Positions 55,040-64,000 of a stretch of DNA of 64,000 nucleotides are shown here, piece after piece. The stretch is from positions 544-64,543 of the forward strand of contig JAFVVP010000001.1 in assembly GCA_017502135.1 (NCBI GenBank), given 5' to 3'. The stretch comes from Clostridia bacterium. GTDB lineage: Bacteria; Bacillota; Clostridia; Oscillospirales; CAG-272. The notes below the pieces were generated by a model, which was given only the letters and a program-made list of their open reading frames with translations, ran no database searches and was not told the origin of the DNA. Made by a program: the position numbers and the translations under genes. Position 1 is the stretch's first letter. Every line of letters begins with the position of its first letter.

Positions 55040-55080
55040 ATTACTGTCTTACCAGCAGGGAGCAAAAACCCACCGTTTTT
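55040..55080. repeat. Right ~41-bp imperfect inverted repeat flanking the serine-recombinase element
   Basis: ATTACTGTCTTA-ccagCAGGGagcaaaaa-CCCACCGTTTTT is the reverse-complement partner of 41349-41388. Confidence 0.75.
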
Positions 55081-55085
55081 ATTTC

Positions 55086-55937
55086 TTATTTCACCCGGGG
55101 ACAGCCGGAGAGTGCCGCGCCGATCACCGGCCCGAACTGGGAACGCTCGGGAATGAGGAAGTTCATATCGAACATCTTGTTGAGCGAGTCGAAAACCTCC
55201 GGCGCGTGTTCCACGCTCGTCAGGTTGCCGGTCAGAACGATATCGCGGATGCCGTGATTGCGCGCGGCGAATATCGCCACCATACCGATCGTTTCGAACA
55301 CCAGATTGATGATGCCGAGCGCGATGTCCGATTTTGTCGTGATGTCGCTCACGTTGGCAAAGTTGGAGGCGGTCATCGTATCGGAGAAGCCGGGCACGAT
55401 ATCCACCTTCGTCAGATCGCTGATCTTTAGATCCACGCGGCCGAGATCGCCCTCGCGTGCGAGCTCTTCGATGTGGCGGATGTCATCCATGCCGAGCATC
55501 TTTTTGGATAGACCCATGAGCGTACCGCCGCCCACACCCGTGCCGCCGAGGTACTGCGGCTCTTCGCCGCGGCGGGCGTGCACCAGTGCCGTTCCCGTGC
55601 CGAGGCTTGCGACGATCGCGCGTTCAAGGCCGGAGAGATACAGACCGCCAAGGCCGATGCACCGGAATTCCGGCATCACCTCACAGGGCAGGGAGTAGAT
55701 CGGACGCTGTATGTAGGACGAGCCTACGCCCGTGATCATTACTTTTTCGATATCGGTGAGCGAAAGGCCGTTCAAATCGGTGAACTTGCCGAACGCACCG
55801 TAGATAGACGTAATGGGGTCCGTCGCACGCACGAACAAAGGCTCAATCAGGCGGCGGTCGCCGTCCGTAATGTCAAATCCGCCGATTTTGGTGGTGCTGC
55901 CGCCGACGTCAATGCCGACGATAACGCGCTTACTCAT
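55086..55937 (-). CDS. coaW: Type II pantothenate kinase
   Basis: VGIDVGGSTTKI, SLGTGTAL, GGTGVGGGTLMGL and DLKISDL resemble Staphylococcus-type CoaW. Confidence 0.8.
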   Translation of the reverse strand: MSKRVIVGIDVGGSTTKIGGFDITDGDRRLIEPLFVRATDPITSIYGAFGKFTDLNGLSLTDIEKVMITGVGSSYIQRPIYSLPCEVMPEFRCIGLGGLYLSGLERAIVASLGTGTALVHARRGEEPQYLGGTGVGGGTLMGLSKKMLGMDDIRHIEELAREGDLGRVDLKISDLTKVDIVPGFSDTMTASNFANVSDITTKSDIALGIINLVFETIGMVAIFAARNHGIRDIVLTGNLTSVEHAPEVFDSLNKMFDMNFLIPERSQFGPVIGAALSGCPRVK

Positions 55938-56131
55938 GAGAAACCTCCCGAGGGTTCAGTTTGACGTTTGTTTTCCCTATTATAGCACAACTCGCGGGGG
56001 AAAGCAACCTGTTTATAAAACCTTCGGCGGTTGGGCGTGACTTAAAGGAAAAGGTTGAAAATTTTTTGCTTTTGTGGTATACTCTGTAAAACGCACTTTT
56101 TGAACGCGAGAGCGATTCTTGGGAGGAACGT

Positions 56132-56965
56132 ATGGATGCGAACAGGCAGATTTTAGCGGGGAAAAAACTTTTTATTTTCGATATGGACGGCACGGTCTAC
56201 CTCGGGGGAATCCCGTTTGATTTCGCGATCCGTTTCATCAAAAATCTGCGGGCGAACGGACAGCGCGTTCTGTTCTTCACGAACAACGCCTCCCACTCAA
56301 AGGAGTTCTATTATGAAAAGCTCACCCGCCTCGGCTTTGCGCCCATGGAGGGCGAGATTATGACTTCGGGCGACGTTACCGCCGCTTTTCTCACGCGCAA
56401 TCGGGCGGGAAAATCGGTGTATCTTCTCGGGACGGGAGAGCTTTGGGACGAGTTCACGCTTGCCGGCGTTCCCATGATCTCGGACAGAGAGGGAAAACTT
56501 GTTGACAAGGGTGCTAAAGCGGATATCGTCGTTACGAGCTTTGATACTACTCTCACGTATGAAAAACTGACGCTTGCCTGCGATTTCATACGGGGCGGCG
56601 CGGAGTATCTTTCCACTCACCCCGATTACAACTGCCCTACGGAGACCGGATTTATCCCCGACAGCGGTGCGATCGCCGCCGCCGTTACCGCATCCACGGG
56701 CGCGGTGCCTACCTATTTCGGCAAGCCCTATCCGGAGACTGCCCGGATGATCTCGGAGATCACGGGCGTGGAGCGCTCGGATATGTGCATCTTCGGCGAT
56801 CGGCTGTATACGGATATCGCTACGGGCAAAAAACACGGCATTACCGCAGTATTGGTTCTCACGGGTGAGAGCACTCTTTGTGACGTCGATGCGGCAGCGG
56901 AGGATATGCGTCCCGATATGATTTTCGAGAGCCTCGGCGAGGTCGACGAGCTTCTTTTCGGCTGA
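56132..56965 (+). CDS. HAD-IIA family (NagD-like) phosphatase, second paralog
   Basis: FDMDGTVYLG, LFFTNNAS, GKPYP, FGDRLYTDI. Confidence 0.85.
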   Translation: MDANRQILAGKKLFIFDMDGTVYLGGIPFDFAIRFIKNLRANGQRVLFFTNNASHSKEFYYEKLTRLGFAPMEGEIMTSGDVTAAFLTRNRAGKSVYLLGTGELWDEFTLAGVPMISDREGKLVDKGAKADIVVTSFDTTLTYEKLTLACDFIRGGAEYLSTHPDYNCPTETGFIPDSGAIAAAVTASTGAVPTYFGKPYPETARMISEITGVERSDMCIFGDRLYTDIATGKKHGITAVLVLTGESTLCDVDAAAEDMRPDMIFESLGEVDELLFG

Positions 56966-56967
56966 TC

Positions 56968-58173
56968 TTACGGGAGAATATCGGAAACGGTGAGCGTACA
57001 TTTGCCGCCGCTCACAATGTCGGCGATGGCGATCGCCGCGAGCGCGCCTGCGCGCTTAGCCTCGGTGAGCGTGTTGCCGCACGAGCCCACCTCAAGAAGA
57101 AGCGATCCCTTCGTGTACTGCTGATTGAATCCCGCTCCGCGCAGATTTACGGTGCGGGCAAACCGATCTGCACGTCCCATAAGATTCTCTTGAATCTTGA
57201 GAGCAAAACTGAGATTTTTCGTCCAATCGGGGTGATTCGCCCCTTTGAAATCCGTCCCGACAACGGTCATGAACTGTGCGGTGTCTTTGCCGTTAACCGT
57301 TGTAATGGGGCGGATTTTCGTCATGTCTGTACGGATTATGGAATCGCGGTGTACGTCAAGCACGATCTGTATGGAGGGGTACTCCTTTATGTATTCGCGG
57401 ATCGCTGCCGCCGCGCGGCTGTACGAATCGCGGTACGAGTCTTTGTCGAACATTTCCGTTACGTGGATGACGGGGATACCGGCACGCTCGAATGTTTCTG
57501 CCATGACCGCGCCCACCGCTACGATGTTTTGTGAAACGTCGTCCGAGCGGAACGAATCCGACGTGGTGTACGTATCCGCCCCCTCGGGGGAGAATGCCTC
57601 CGTGCCGTGCGTGTGAAGGATGAGGACGTAAGGTTCGTCGGGACCGTATTTTTTCATATGCTCAGTGAGATCGGGAAAGGGAAGGGCGGATGACAGAAGT
57701 GCCTCGGTGTCAGGCTCGTACGTCGTTTCGTTCAGAAGTGCGTGGAGATCTTTGCCGCCGATGTCTGCCGCCTGTATCGGATACCGTACCGTCTGTACAT
57801 TTTCGTTCGTTTCACCGTCCGCACTCTCTGACGGAGGGATTGTATCCGACTCGTCGGGAACGTCGGTTGAGGGGAAGCGCTGGGGCGGGTTTTCTTTTTG
57901 CGCGGTTATTGTTCCGAGCCCGAAGAGAGCGAAATTCCCAAGGCGGAGGACGATCCCCTCCATGCTCGTCCGCTGGGCGTACGTTGCTGTGTTGATCCCG
58001 CCGATCGCCGCCGAAAACACGCAGAAAAACGCGCACGCAAAAGAAAGGATCCGATGCCGGATCGGTGTTCCCTTCCTCTTTGCGGGCGGCGTGTAGAGGA
58101 CGAGTCGGCGCTCCGTTTCGTTGATCGGACCGCGGTACGGTTTTTCCGTGTTGCCGAGATGTGTTTTCGTCAT
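56968..58173 (-). CDS. spoIIP: Stage II sporulation protein P
   Basis: N-terminal TM segment, YVLILHTHGTEAF, VLDVHRDS, and amidase-like C-terminal half. Adjacent to gpr. Confidence 0.85.
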   Translation of the reverse strand: MTKTHLGNTEKPYRGPINETERRLVLYTPPAKRKGTPIRHRILSFACAFFCVFSAAIGGINTATYAQRTSMEGIVLRLGNFALFGLGTITAQKENPPQRFPSTDVPDESDTIPPSESADGETNENVQTVRYPIQAADIGGKDLHALLNETTYEPDTEALLSSALPFPDLTEHMKKYGPDEPYVLILHTHGTEAFSPEGADTYTTSDSFRSDDVSQNIVAVGAVMAETFERAGIPVIHVTEMFDKDSYRDSYSRAAAAIREYIKEYPSIQIVLDVHRDSIIRTDMTKIRPITTVNGKDTAQFMTVVGTDFKGANHPDWTKNLSFALKIQENLMGRADRFARTVNLRGAGFNQQYTKGSLLLEVGSCGNTLTEAKRAGALAAIAIADIVSGGKCTLTVSDILP

Positions 58174-58237
58174 GCCGTGCTCCTTTTTCGCTCCTGTTTT
58201 TGATCCATATATATGCGAAAACGGACGGGAGTATGCG

Positions 58238-59122
58238 CTACGTCAGCGCCGGTGTGAGGACGCGGTTGATTGCCGCCGCCAGAAGGGCGGACGAGGCGTC
58301 GGCGATCAGATCGCTCTCGCGCGGAGAAACGATATAACTGCGTCCTTCCTCCAGTACGCGGACGAGCTCGTCCGAGGGGGAATCAATATCGGCTTTTCTG
58401 AGCGCATCAAAGACGAGCGTGGCGGAATCGACCGCCGTCGGCACGCCGATCGCGATGACGGGAACGCCTGCGTTTTCTTTCGTGACGGCGGTGCGCCGTA
58501 TACCGATGCCCGATCCCGGGCGGATCCCCGTGTCCGTAATCTGCACAGTAGTGCCGAGCCGCACCGTTGATCGTGCCGCCAATGCGTCCACGGCGATGAT
58601 CGCATTGGCTTTTACCGCTTTTGCCGTGTCTCTGATGATCGCCGCGGCTTCTATGCCCGTCTGCCCGACGACGCCGGGTGCGATCGCGGAGACACGGGCG
58701 CATCCGAGGAGCGACGGCAAAGAATCCGTGTCCGCGGCGTGATTCGTTACCGTGACTCGATCAACCGTTCGGGGGCCGATCGAATCCGACGTAATAAAAC
58801 GGTTGCCGAGCCCCGCGACGAGAACGGCAGTGTGTGTTCCCGGTGCTTCGCCCGTGGATTCTGTGAGAAAGTCAAAGAGCAGTGCGGCTATCGCCTCGGC
58901 GGCGCGTGCCGATTCTTTTTTATCCATCAGCCAGATCTTATCGAGATGGAGCGTTGCGTATCTGCCGGCGGGGCGTCCGGAGGCGCTCTCCCCCTCGCCG
59001 GGCGAGACGATCGCTTCTTCGGCTTCGATGCCGGCGTATCTTTTCTTTTTCAGCCGTACGCCTTTTTGGGAGGCGTTATCGGGCATCTCACAGGCAAGAT
59101 CGGTTCTTTCGTATCCGTTCAT
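58238..59122 (-). CDS. gpr: GPR germination protease (spore endopeptidase)
   Basis: ERTDLACEM N-terminus, VAGLGN..ITSD.IGP, and IIAVDALAARS. Confidence 0.88.
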   Translation of the reverse strand: MNGYERTDLACEMPDNASQKGVRLKKKRYAGIEAEEAIVSPGEGESASGRPAGRYATLHLDKIWLMDKKESARAAEAIAALLFDFLTESTGEAPGTHTAVLVAGLGNRFITSDSIGPRTVDRVTVTNHAADTDSLPSLLGCARVSAIAPGVVGQTGIEAAAIIRDTAKAVKANAIIAVDALAARSTVRLGTTVQITDTGIRPGSGIGIRRTAVTKENAGVPVIAIGVPTAVDSATLVFDALRKADIDSPSDELVRVLEEGRSYIVSPRESDLIADASSALLAAAINRVLTPALT

Positions 59123-59421
59123 TTTTCTACCTCGTTCGGACGGTGGATTTCTTTTTCATTATCTCTGCTTTTTCTGCCGATATGCATAAAGAAAGGAAAG
59201 ATCCCGACGGCAAGTATCGCACCGGTGGGAAAAGGCGTGGATTTCTGTTAAATTTGCCAAAAAAAACGCCTCAATATTGTGCATCTGTCCGAAAGTTTTG
59301 TACGGATTGCAATAGGTTGTTGATTATCTCTTGTAAAGGTGCTATAATATAACGAGTAATCGGCATTTTTATGTTTGCCGCGAAGTATCGCATAAAACCA
59401 CGAGGAGGATATATCCATACC

Positions 59422-61146
59422 ATGAAAAGAGTTTTATCCCTGATGATCTGCGCCGTTATGCTTCTGGGCGCTCTGGCCGGCTGTACCACGATCGAAGAAG
59501 GCACCAAGGGCATGATCATCGATGTCTATATGACCCGCGAAATGGTTGATTTCGACCCGGCGCTTCATTTTAATGATGACGCAATGGTTCAGGTGTTCGA
59601 CCTCATCTTCGAAGGCCTCACTGATCTTGACGAGAACGGTAAGTGGAAAAAGGCCCTCATGAAGGAGTACGAGCTTCTCGGCAATGATGACGATGGCTGG
59701 TACATGCTCATCACGCTCAAAAATACCAAGTGGACGGACGGACGTACCGTACAGGCCGCCGACTTCGTTTACGCGTGGAAGCGCATTCTGAACGCTACGT
59801 TCAAAAGCGAAGCCGCAGCACTTCTTTACGATATCACGAATGCACGCGACGTGAAGATGGGCGACGTTTCCATTGATGACGTCGGCATCTCTGCCGTTGA
59901 CGTATACGTCCTTCAGGTGAACTTCGATAAGAAACCGGATGTAGATCGGTTCTTCACCGCTGTGTCTTCTCCCGCACTCGTTCCGCTCCGCGAGGATATT
60001 GTGGAGCGCGACGCACATTGGGCAAAGCAGGCTTCCGGTATTGTAACGAACGGCCCGTTCGCGATCAAGAGCCTCACCAAGGGCGAGGTGATGCGTCTCG
60101 AACGCTCCGGTTACTACTATCTGGACGATGAGAAGAACGAGGCTCTTGACAAGTACGTAATCCCGTACCGCCTCGTAACGAATTATTCTTACGGTGACGC
60201 CGCAGCACAGCTTGAGAAATTTGAGGCAGGCGAACTCTTCTACCTCGACGAGATTCCGCTCGCTTTTCGCGAACAGTATAAGAACGAAGCCGTTATCACC
60301 GATGAGTTGGCAACGCACACTTATTATTTCAACACGAACAACAAGCTTTTCTCCGACGCTCGCGTCCGCCGCGCGCTGTCCATGGCGATCGACAGAAACG
60401 AGATCGTGAAGATCGTTACATACGCGAAGGCCGCAACCGGTCTTATTCCGTATAACGCATTCGAAACGTCTGTCGGCACGTCCTTCCGTGAAATCGGCGG
60501 CGACGTGATTGCCGCTGCCGCTGACGTGGCGGGTGCCAAGGCACTTCTCGGCGAGGCCGGTGTAAAGGGCGGATCCTTCACTATCACCGTTCGCAACGAT
60601 GAGGCAGATCTTGCCGTTGCCGCTTACGTAAAGGGTGTCTGGGAATCTCTCGGCTTTAAGGTTACCGTCGAGGAGGTTGCTCCCGCAAAGATAAAGGGCA
60701 CCGATAAGAATATTTACAGCGAAGCTATTACAGAGCGTTATCAGTCCGGTGATTTTGACGTGATCGCGCTGGATCTGCAGATGCTGGCTCCCGACGCGTT
60801 CGTGGCTCTCGCTCCCTTTGCCGCTGAATTCTCCGGTAACGGTGTGAATATGGATTCCTCCACGTACGACGTATACGGCCACGCTACCGGCTACAAGAAC
60901 GACGCATACGACGCACTCATCGAGAAGGCATATGCCGCAGCGAATGCCGCTGACCGCGCTGCTGCTCTCCACGAGGCAGAAACTATGCTCATGGCTGATA
61001 TGCCCGTTATGCCGCTCATCTTCCTTCAGGATGCGTTCCTTATTCACGACGATCTGTCCGGATACGGTTCCTCCTACTACGCAAGCCGCGAATTCAAGCA
61101 GATGAAACTGAAGAACTACACCGCGTATCTTCCCGAGGAAGACTGA
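59422..61146 (+). CDS. ABC-transporter family-5 (peptide/nickel, OppA-like) substrate-binding lipoprotein, orphan
   Basis: In-frame ATG at 59422 after GAGGAGGA. Lipobox LAGCTT. Family-5 SBP length and motifs. No adjacent permease genes. Confidence 0.85.
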   Translation: MKRVLSLMICAVMLLGALAGCTTIEEGTKGMIIDVYMTREMVDFDPALHFNDDAMVQVFDLIFEGLTDLDENGKWKKALMKEYELLGNDDDGWYMLITLKNTKWTDGRTVQAADFVYAWKRILNATFKSEAAALLYDITNARDVKMGDVSIDDVGISAVDVYVLQVNFDKKPDVDRFFTAVSSPALVPLREDIVERDAHWAKQASGIVTNGPFAIKSLTKGEVMRLERSGYYYLDDEKNEALDKYVIPYRLVTNYSYGDAAAQLEKFEAGELFYLDEIPLAFREQYKNEAVITDELATHTYYFNTNNKLFSDARVRRALSMAIDRNEIVKIVTYAKAATGLIPYNAFETSVGTSFREIGGDVIAAAADVAGAKALLGEAGVKGGSFTITVRNDEADLAVAAYVKGVWESLGFKVTVEEVAPAKIKGTDKNIYSEAITERYQSGDFDVIALDLQMLAPDAFVALAPFAAEFSGNGVNMDSSTYDVYGHATGYKNDAYDALIEKAYAAANAADRAAALHEAETMLMADMPVMPLIFLQDAFLIHDDLSGYGSSYYASREFKQMKLKNYTAYLPEED

Positions 61147-61250
61147 TCGGTTCTCTTACACTTAACAATTAAACCACCGCGTGTTTTCAATCGGGAGGTA
61201 GAAATACCTCCCGGTTTTTGCCCTCGATGCCTTTGGAAAGGAGAATGTCT

Positions 61251-61826
61251 ATGCCTGCTCCCTTGCGCGATAAAAACGAAATTAAAATATTTATTCTGTT
61301 TTTGCTCGATAAAATCGGGTATCCGCTCGATTACAATACGATCGGCTCGATCGTCGTACAGGATGGGATCGTCCGCTTTTTTGATTTCGCGGATTGCTTT
61401 TTTCAGCTCCTTGATGCCGGTCATATCGCCCGCGCGAGCGAGGATGTCGCACAACTCCATTTATCCGAGGATGCTGACGGGGAAGAACAGTTTGAGATCA
61501 CGGATACCGGCCGCGAGGTCGCGCACGTGCTCGGCGAGAACCTCATGATCACCGTGCGCGAGCAAGGTGAGCGCAGTGCACTCAGACACCTTTCCTTGAA
61601 AAGGCTCGGCGCGGCGGTCGATCAGAACTATGATTCTTTGGGCGAAGGCTTTATGTATCACTGTTCGATCAAGGACAAAGACGGAAAGGTTCTCGGTGTG
61701 GATCTCCGCGTGGATGACCGCCGCCGGCTTGAGCGGATCACGAAGAATTTTGCGGACAGACCGGAGATCATTTACCGCGGAATACTGGCGCTTCTCACGG
61801 GAGACGTGAATTACATTTTTGAATAA
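61251..61826 (+). CDS. DUF4364-family protein
   Basis: KNEIKIFILFLLDKIGYPLDYNTIGSIV is typical of the family. ATG at 61251 lies 7 nt after AAGGAG. Confidence 0.7.
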   Translation: MPAPLRDKNEIKIFILFLLDKIGYPLDYNTIGSIVVQDGIVRFFDFADCFFQLLDAGHIARASEDVAQLHLSEDADGEEQFEITDTGREVAHVLGENLMITVREQGERSALRHLSLKRLGAAVDQNYDSLGEGFMYHCSIKDKDGKVLGVDLRVDDRRRLERITKNFADRPEIIYRGILALLTGDVNYIFE

Positions 61827-61923
61827 AAATGAAAAAGAATGTTGAAAAAGTGAAAATTTCTCCGAAAAATTCCCATTCTATCGCCCAAAATATATACAAA
61901 ATGAAAAAACTTTTCGTTAACTA

Positions 61924-61951
61924 TTGACAAATTTGTGATTTATGATATAAT
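61924..61951 (+). promoter_or_regulatory. Sigma-70-type promoter with extended -10
   Basis: TTGACA (61924-61929), 16-nt spacer containing TG, TATAAT (61946-61951). Confidence 0.55.
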
Positions 61952-61988
61952 GTATTCATAAATCTGTAAAGATTTAAGGTGGGCGTTT

Positions 61989-62561
61989 TTGACTAAAGAA
62001 ATCCACGACCTCCTCACGGCTGTGGCGTGCGGAGACGAAAATGCTTTCAGCAGTCTTACCGAACAGTACGCCCCGCTCATTCGTTCGATGAGCGAGCGGT
62101 TTATTGATTCCTTTAAAGATACGGCGGACATTTCCGCGATTTCCGTGCAGGATTTGGAGCAGGAAGCTCGTTTGGCGCTGTATCGCGCCGCGGCATCGTA
62201 CGATGCACGGCAGAGTGATGTTACGTTCGGTTTGTATGCGAAAATATGTATCCGCAATTCCCTTATCTCCCTTTTGCGGAAATCCGCATCGGCGGCGCGT
62301 TCGAAAAGCAAAAGCGAATCAAACGCCGCGCGCGGCGGGGTAGGAGATCCGCTCTCGGAGCTTGTATCCCAAACGGAGGCTGCGGCTTTGACCGCACGCA
62401 TTCGAAGTGCCCTTTCGCCTTACGAAAATTCCATATTTGAGCAGTATACCAGCGGCAGGTCCGTGAAATGCATCTCTGGAAACGTTGGAAAGACGGAAAA
62501 ATCCGTCAGCAACGCATTGTACCGGATTCGCGTTAAGATTAAAGGCTTGCTTTCTAACTGA
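61989..62561 (+). CDS. Sigma-70-family RNA polymerase sigma factor (group 3/4, SigH-like context)
   Basis: TTG start after AAGGTGGG. Region 2 (FSSLTEQYAPLIRSM, EARLALYRAA) and region 4 HTH (SVSNALYRIRVKIK). Confidence 0.8.
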   Translation: MTKEIHDLLTAVACGDENAFSSLTEQYAPLIRSMSERFIDSFKDTADISAISVQDLEQEARLALYRAAASYDARQSDVTFGLYAKICIRNSLISLLRKSASAARSKSKSESNAARGGVGDPLSELVSQTEAAALTARIRSALSPYENSIFEQYTSGRSVKCISGNVGKTEKSVSNALYRIRVKIKGLLSN

Positions 62562-62711
62562 CTCCCCCGATATTAGTGTGCCCGATCTTCGTGCGCATTT
62601 CAATATGTAAGCCCGAATAGCTTAATGCAAGAGCGTTGTAATCCAAAGGTGACGGTTGAACTCCGTCGAGGGCAAAAATTTTATCCTTTTATTTTAAGCG
62701 AGGTTTTAAAC

Positions 62712-62990
62712 ATGTACCAGGACAAGACACTGACGTGCAAAGAGTGCGGCAACGAATTTGTATTCACCGCAGGTGAGCAGGAATTCTACGCAGAGAAGGG
62801 CTTTCAGAACGAGCCCCAGCGCTGCAAGAATTGCCGCGACGCTCGTAAGAACGCCAGCAAGGCGCAGAGAGAGATGTTCACCACTGTTTGCGCAAGATGC
62901 GGTAAGGAAGCAAAAGTTCCTTTCCAGCCCAGCAATGACAGACCGGTTTACTGCAGCGAGTGCTTTGCAGCAATTAAGGAGCAGCAGTAA
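62712..62990 (+). CDS. Zinc-ribbon (zf-trcl-type) small protein
   Basis: CKECGNEFVFTAGEQEFYAEKGFQNEPQRCKNCR plus a second CxxC...CxxC. Confidence 0.75.
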   Translation: MYQDKTLTCKECGNEFVFTAGEQEFYAEKGFQNEPQRCKNCRDARKNASKAQREMFTTVCARCGKEAKVPFQPSNDRPVYCSECFAAIKEQQ

Positions 62991-63225
62991 TTTTTCTGCT
63001 GTTCTTTAAGAACCATTGTCACGGTGTATTGAAGGAGATGCGAATGATCGCATCTCCTTTTTCCGTTTTCAGGGGTAAACGAGGCAAGAATTTCTCGTTT
63101 TGGAGACAATTTTCGGCATAAAAAAATAAAATGGTATATACAAATCGGAAAAGATATGTTATAATAGTCAGAGAATGTATCCTTATGCCTAAATCGGAAA
63201 GGACCGGCGTCAGCCGGGTGAAAAA

Positions 63226-64000
63226 ATGGCTTATAATTCCGAAAAAGGCCGCGCGGGCGGCTATTCGAAAAAAACGTATGATAAACGCGGCGGAGCCCGA
63301 TTCGGAAACGACCGTCGGGGATCGAGACCAACGGGTGAGACAGGGAAGGAAACGGTCCTGCCCGAGAACATCGTCTGCGGCCGAAATTCCGTCAGAGAGC
63401 TCCTCAAATCTGAGCGGTCGATAGACAAAATCTTCGTCCGTGCCGGCGACAGAGAAGGATCTATCACCGTCATCGTGGCGGAGGCAATCCGTCTCGGCGT
63501 TCCGGTGATCGAGGTTGATTCGCAGAAGCTCGATAATATGACGATGGGCGCGCATCATCAGGGCGTCGTTGCCATGGCGGCGGAAAAACAGTACGTTACC
63601 GTCGAGGAAATCGTAAATATCGCGCGCGAGCGCGGAGAAAAACCGCTCATCGTGATCGCGGACGGTATCGAGGACCCACACAATCTGGGTGCCATGATCC
63701 GCTGTGCCGAGTGTGCCGGTGCGCACGGTATTATTCTGCCCAAGCGCCGCGCGGTCGGACTGACCCCTGTCGTAACGAACGCATCCGCGGGTGCTCTTGA
63801 GCATATGGCGATCGCCAAAGTGCAGAACATTGCGGCTACTATCGAAGAACTCAAAGAGATGGGGCTGTGGATTTTCACCGCCGAGGCGGGTGGTGCGCCG
63901 TACTACGAAACGGACTGGAACGTCGGTGCCGCTGTCGTCTTCGGCAGTGAAGGCGAGGGCGTCAGCCGGCTCGTACGCGACCGCAGTGATTTTATTGTAT
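63226..64000 (+). CDS. rlmB: 23S rRNA (guanosine-2'-O-)-methyltransferase RlmB (TrmH family), 3' end outside the window
   Basis: Hand translation from the ATG at 63226 gives: basic N-terminal tail, GRNSVRELL, HHQGV, DGIEDPHNLGAMIR, AVVFGSEGEG. The frame is open to 64000. Confidence 0.85.
   Translation, partial: MAYNSEKGRAGGYSKKTYDKRGGARFGNDRRGSRPTGETGKETVLPENIVCGRNSVRELLKSERSIDKIFVRAGDREGSITVIVAEAIRLGVPVIEVDSQKLDNMTMGAHHQGVVAMAAEKQYVTVEEIVNIARERGEKPLIVIADGIEDPHNLGAMIRCAECAGAHGIILPKRRAVGLTPVVTNASAGALEHMAIAKVQNIAATIEELKEMGLWIFTAEAGGAPYYETDWNVGAAVVFGSEGEGVSRLVRDRSDFIV

Larger units (their letters stand above)
41377..55051. mobile_element. ~13.7-kb Tn4451-like (TnpV + TnpX-type large serine recombinase) integrated element with TCS and giant surface-protein cargo
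   Basis: tnpV lies at one end and a large serine recombinase with a DUF4368-like tail at the other. Inverted flanks interrupt a terminator-like palindrome between hom and coaW. Exact ends are uncertain by about 10-15 bp. Confidence 0.65.

Noticed and set aside
59434-61047. 537-aa minus-strand ORF
   Set aside because: It is antisense to the lipoprotein SBP gene, which has a lipobox and family-5 features.

Overview
64-kb window from a moderately GC-rich, spore-forming Firmicutes (Clostridia-type) chromosome. The taxonomic call rests on gpr and spoIIP, SLH-anchored giant surface proteins, a TnpV plus large-serine-recombinase element, and a MobC/MobA mobilisation module. **Backbone genes:** a surface-protein, Ldh2, CotH, transglutaminase-like and TIM-barrel cluster (1-7.6 kb); smpB-ssrA; a PPTase; a complete F-type ATP synthase operon (atpZ-I-B-E-F-H-A-G-D-C, 28.1-35.3 kb); luxS-mtnN; a blaI/blaR-like pair; hom; coaW; spoIIP-gpr; an orphan peptide SBP; a sigma factor; and rlmB. 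**Two accessory insertions stand out.**

1. **An ~18.1-kb island (about 7737-25844) that appears to be inserted in the 3' end of ssrA (tmRNA).** A 12-bp copy of the tmRNA 3' end plus an orphan terminator sits at the far end of the island. The island carries one tightly packed co-directional nine-gene array: fic, a TM protein, a protein with an RNxxxH (HEPN-like) motif, hsdM, hsdS, a Hanks-type Ser/Thr kinase, hsdR, a GIY-YIG/PUA-like fusion and an FRG protein. A decayed mobilisation module follows: a ~70-bp iteron array, a RepA-like ATPase, mobC, a relaxase, a truncated IS1595 transposase and a RibD_C reductase. No integrase is present.
2. **A ~13.7-kb TnpV/TnpX-type serine-recombinase element (about 41377-55051).** It is flanked by ~40-bp imperfect inverted repeats that look like a split bidirectional terminator between hom and coaW. 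It carries a LytTR/AgrC-like two-component system, a LytTR-type direct-repeat box in front of two small Cys-rich ORFs, and a 2207-aa SLH-anchored surface protein.

**Candidates for undescribed biology.** The best are the kinase sitting in the PrrC position of the type I R-M locus and the TM + HEPN-motif pair upstream of hsdM. All functional calls come from motif recognition by eye. No database search was possible.
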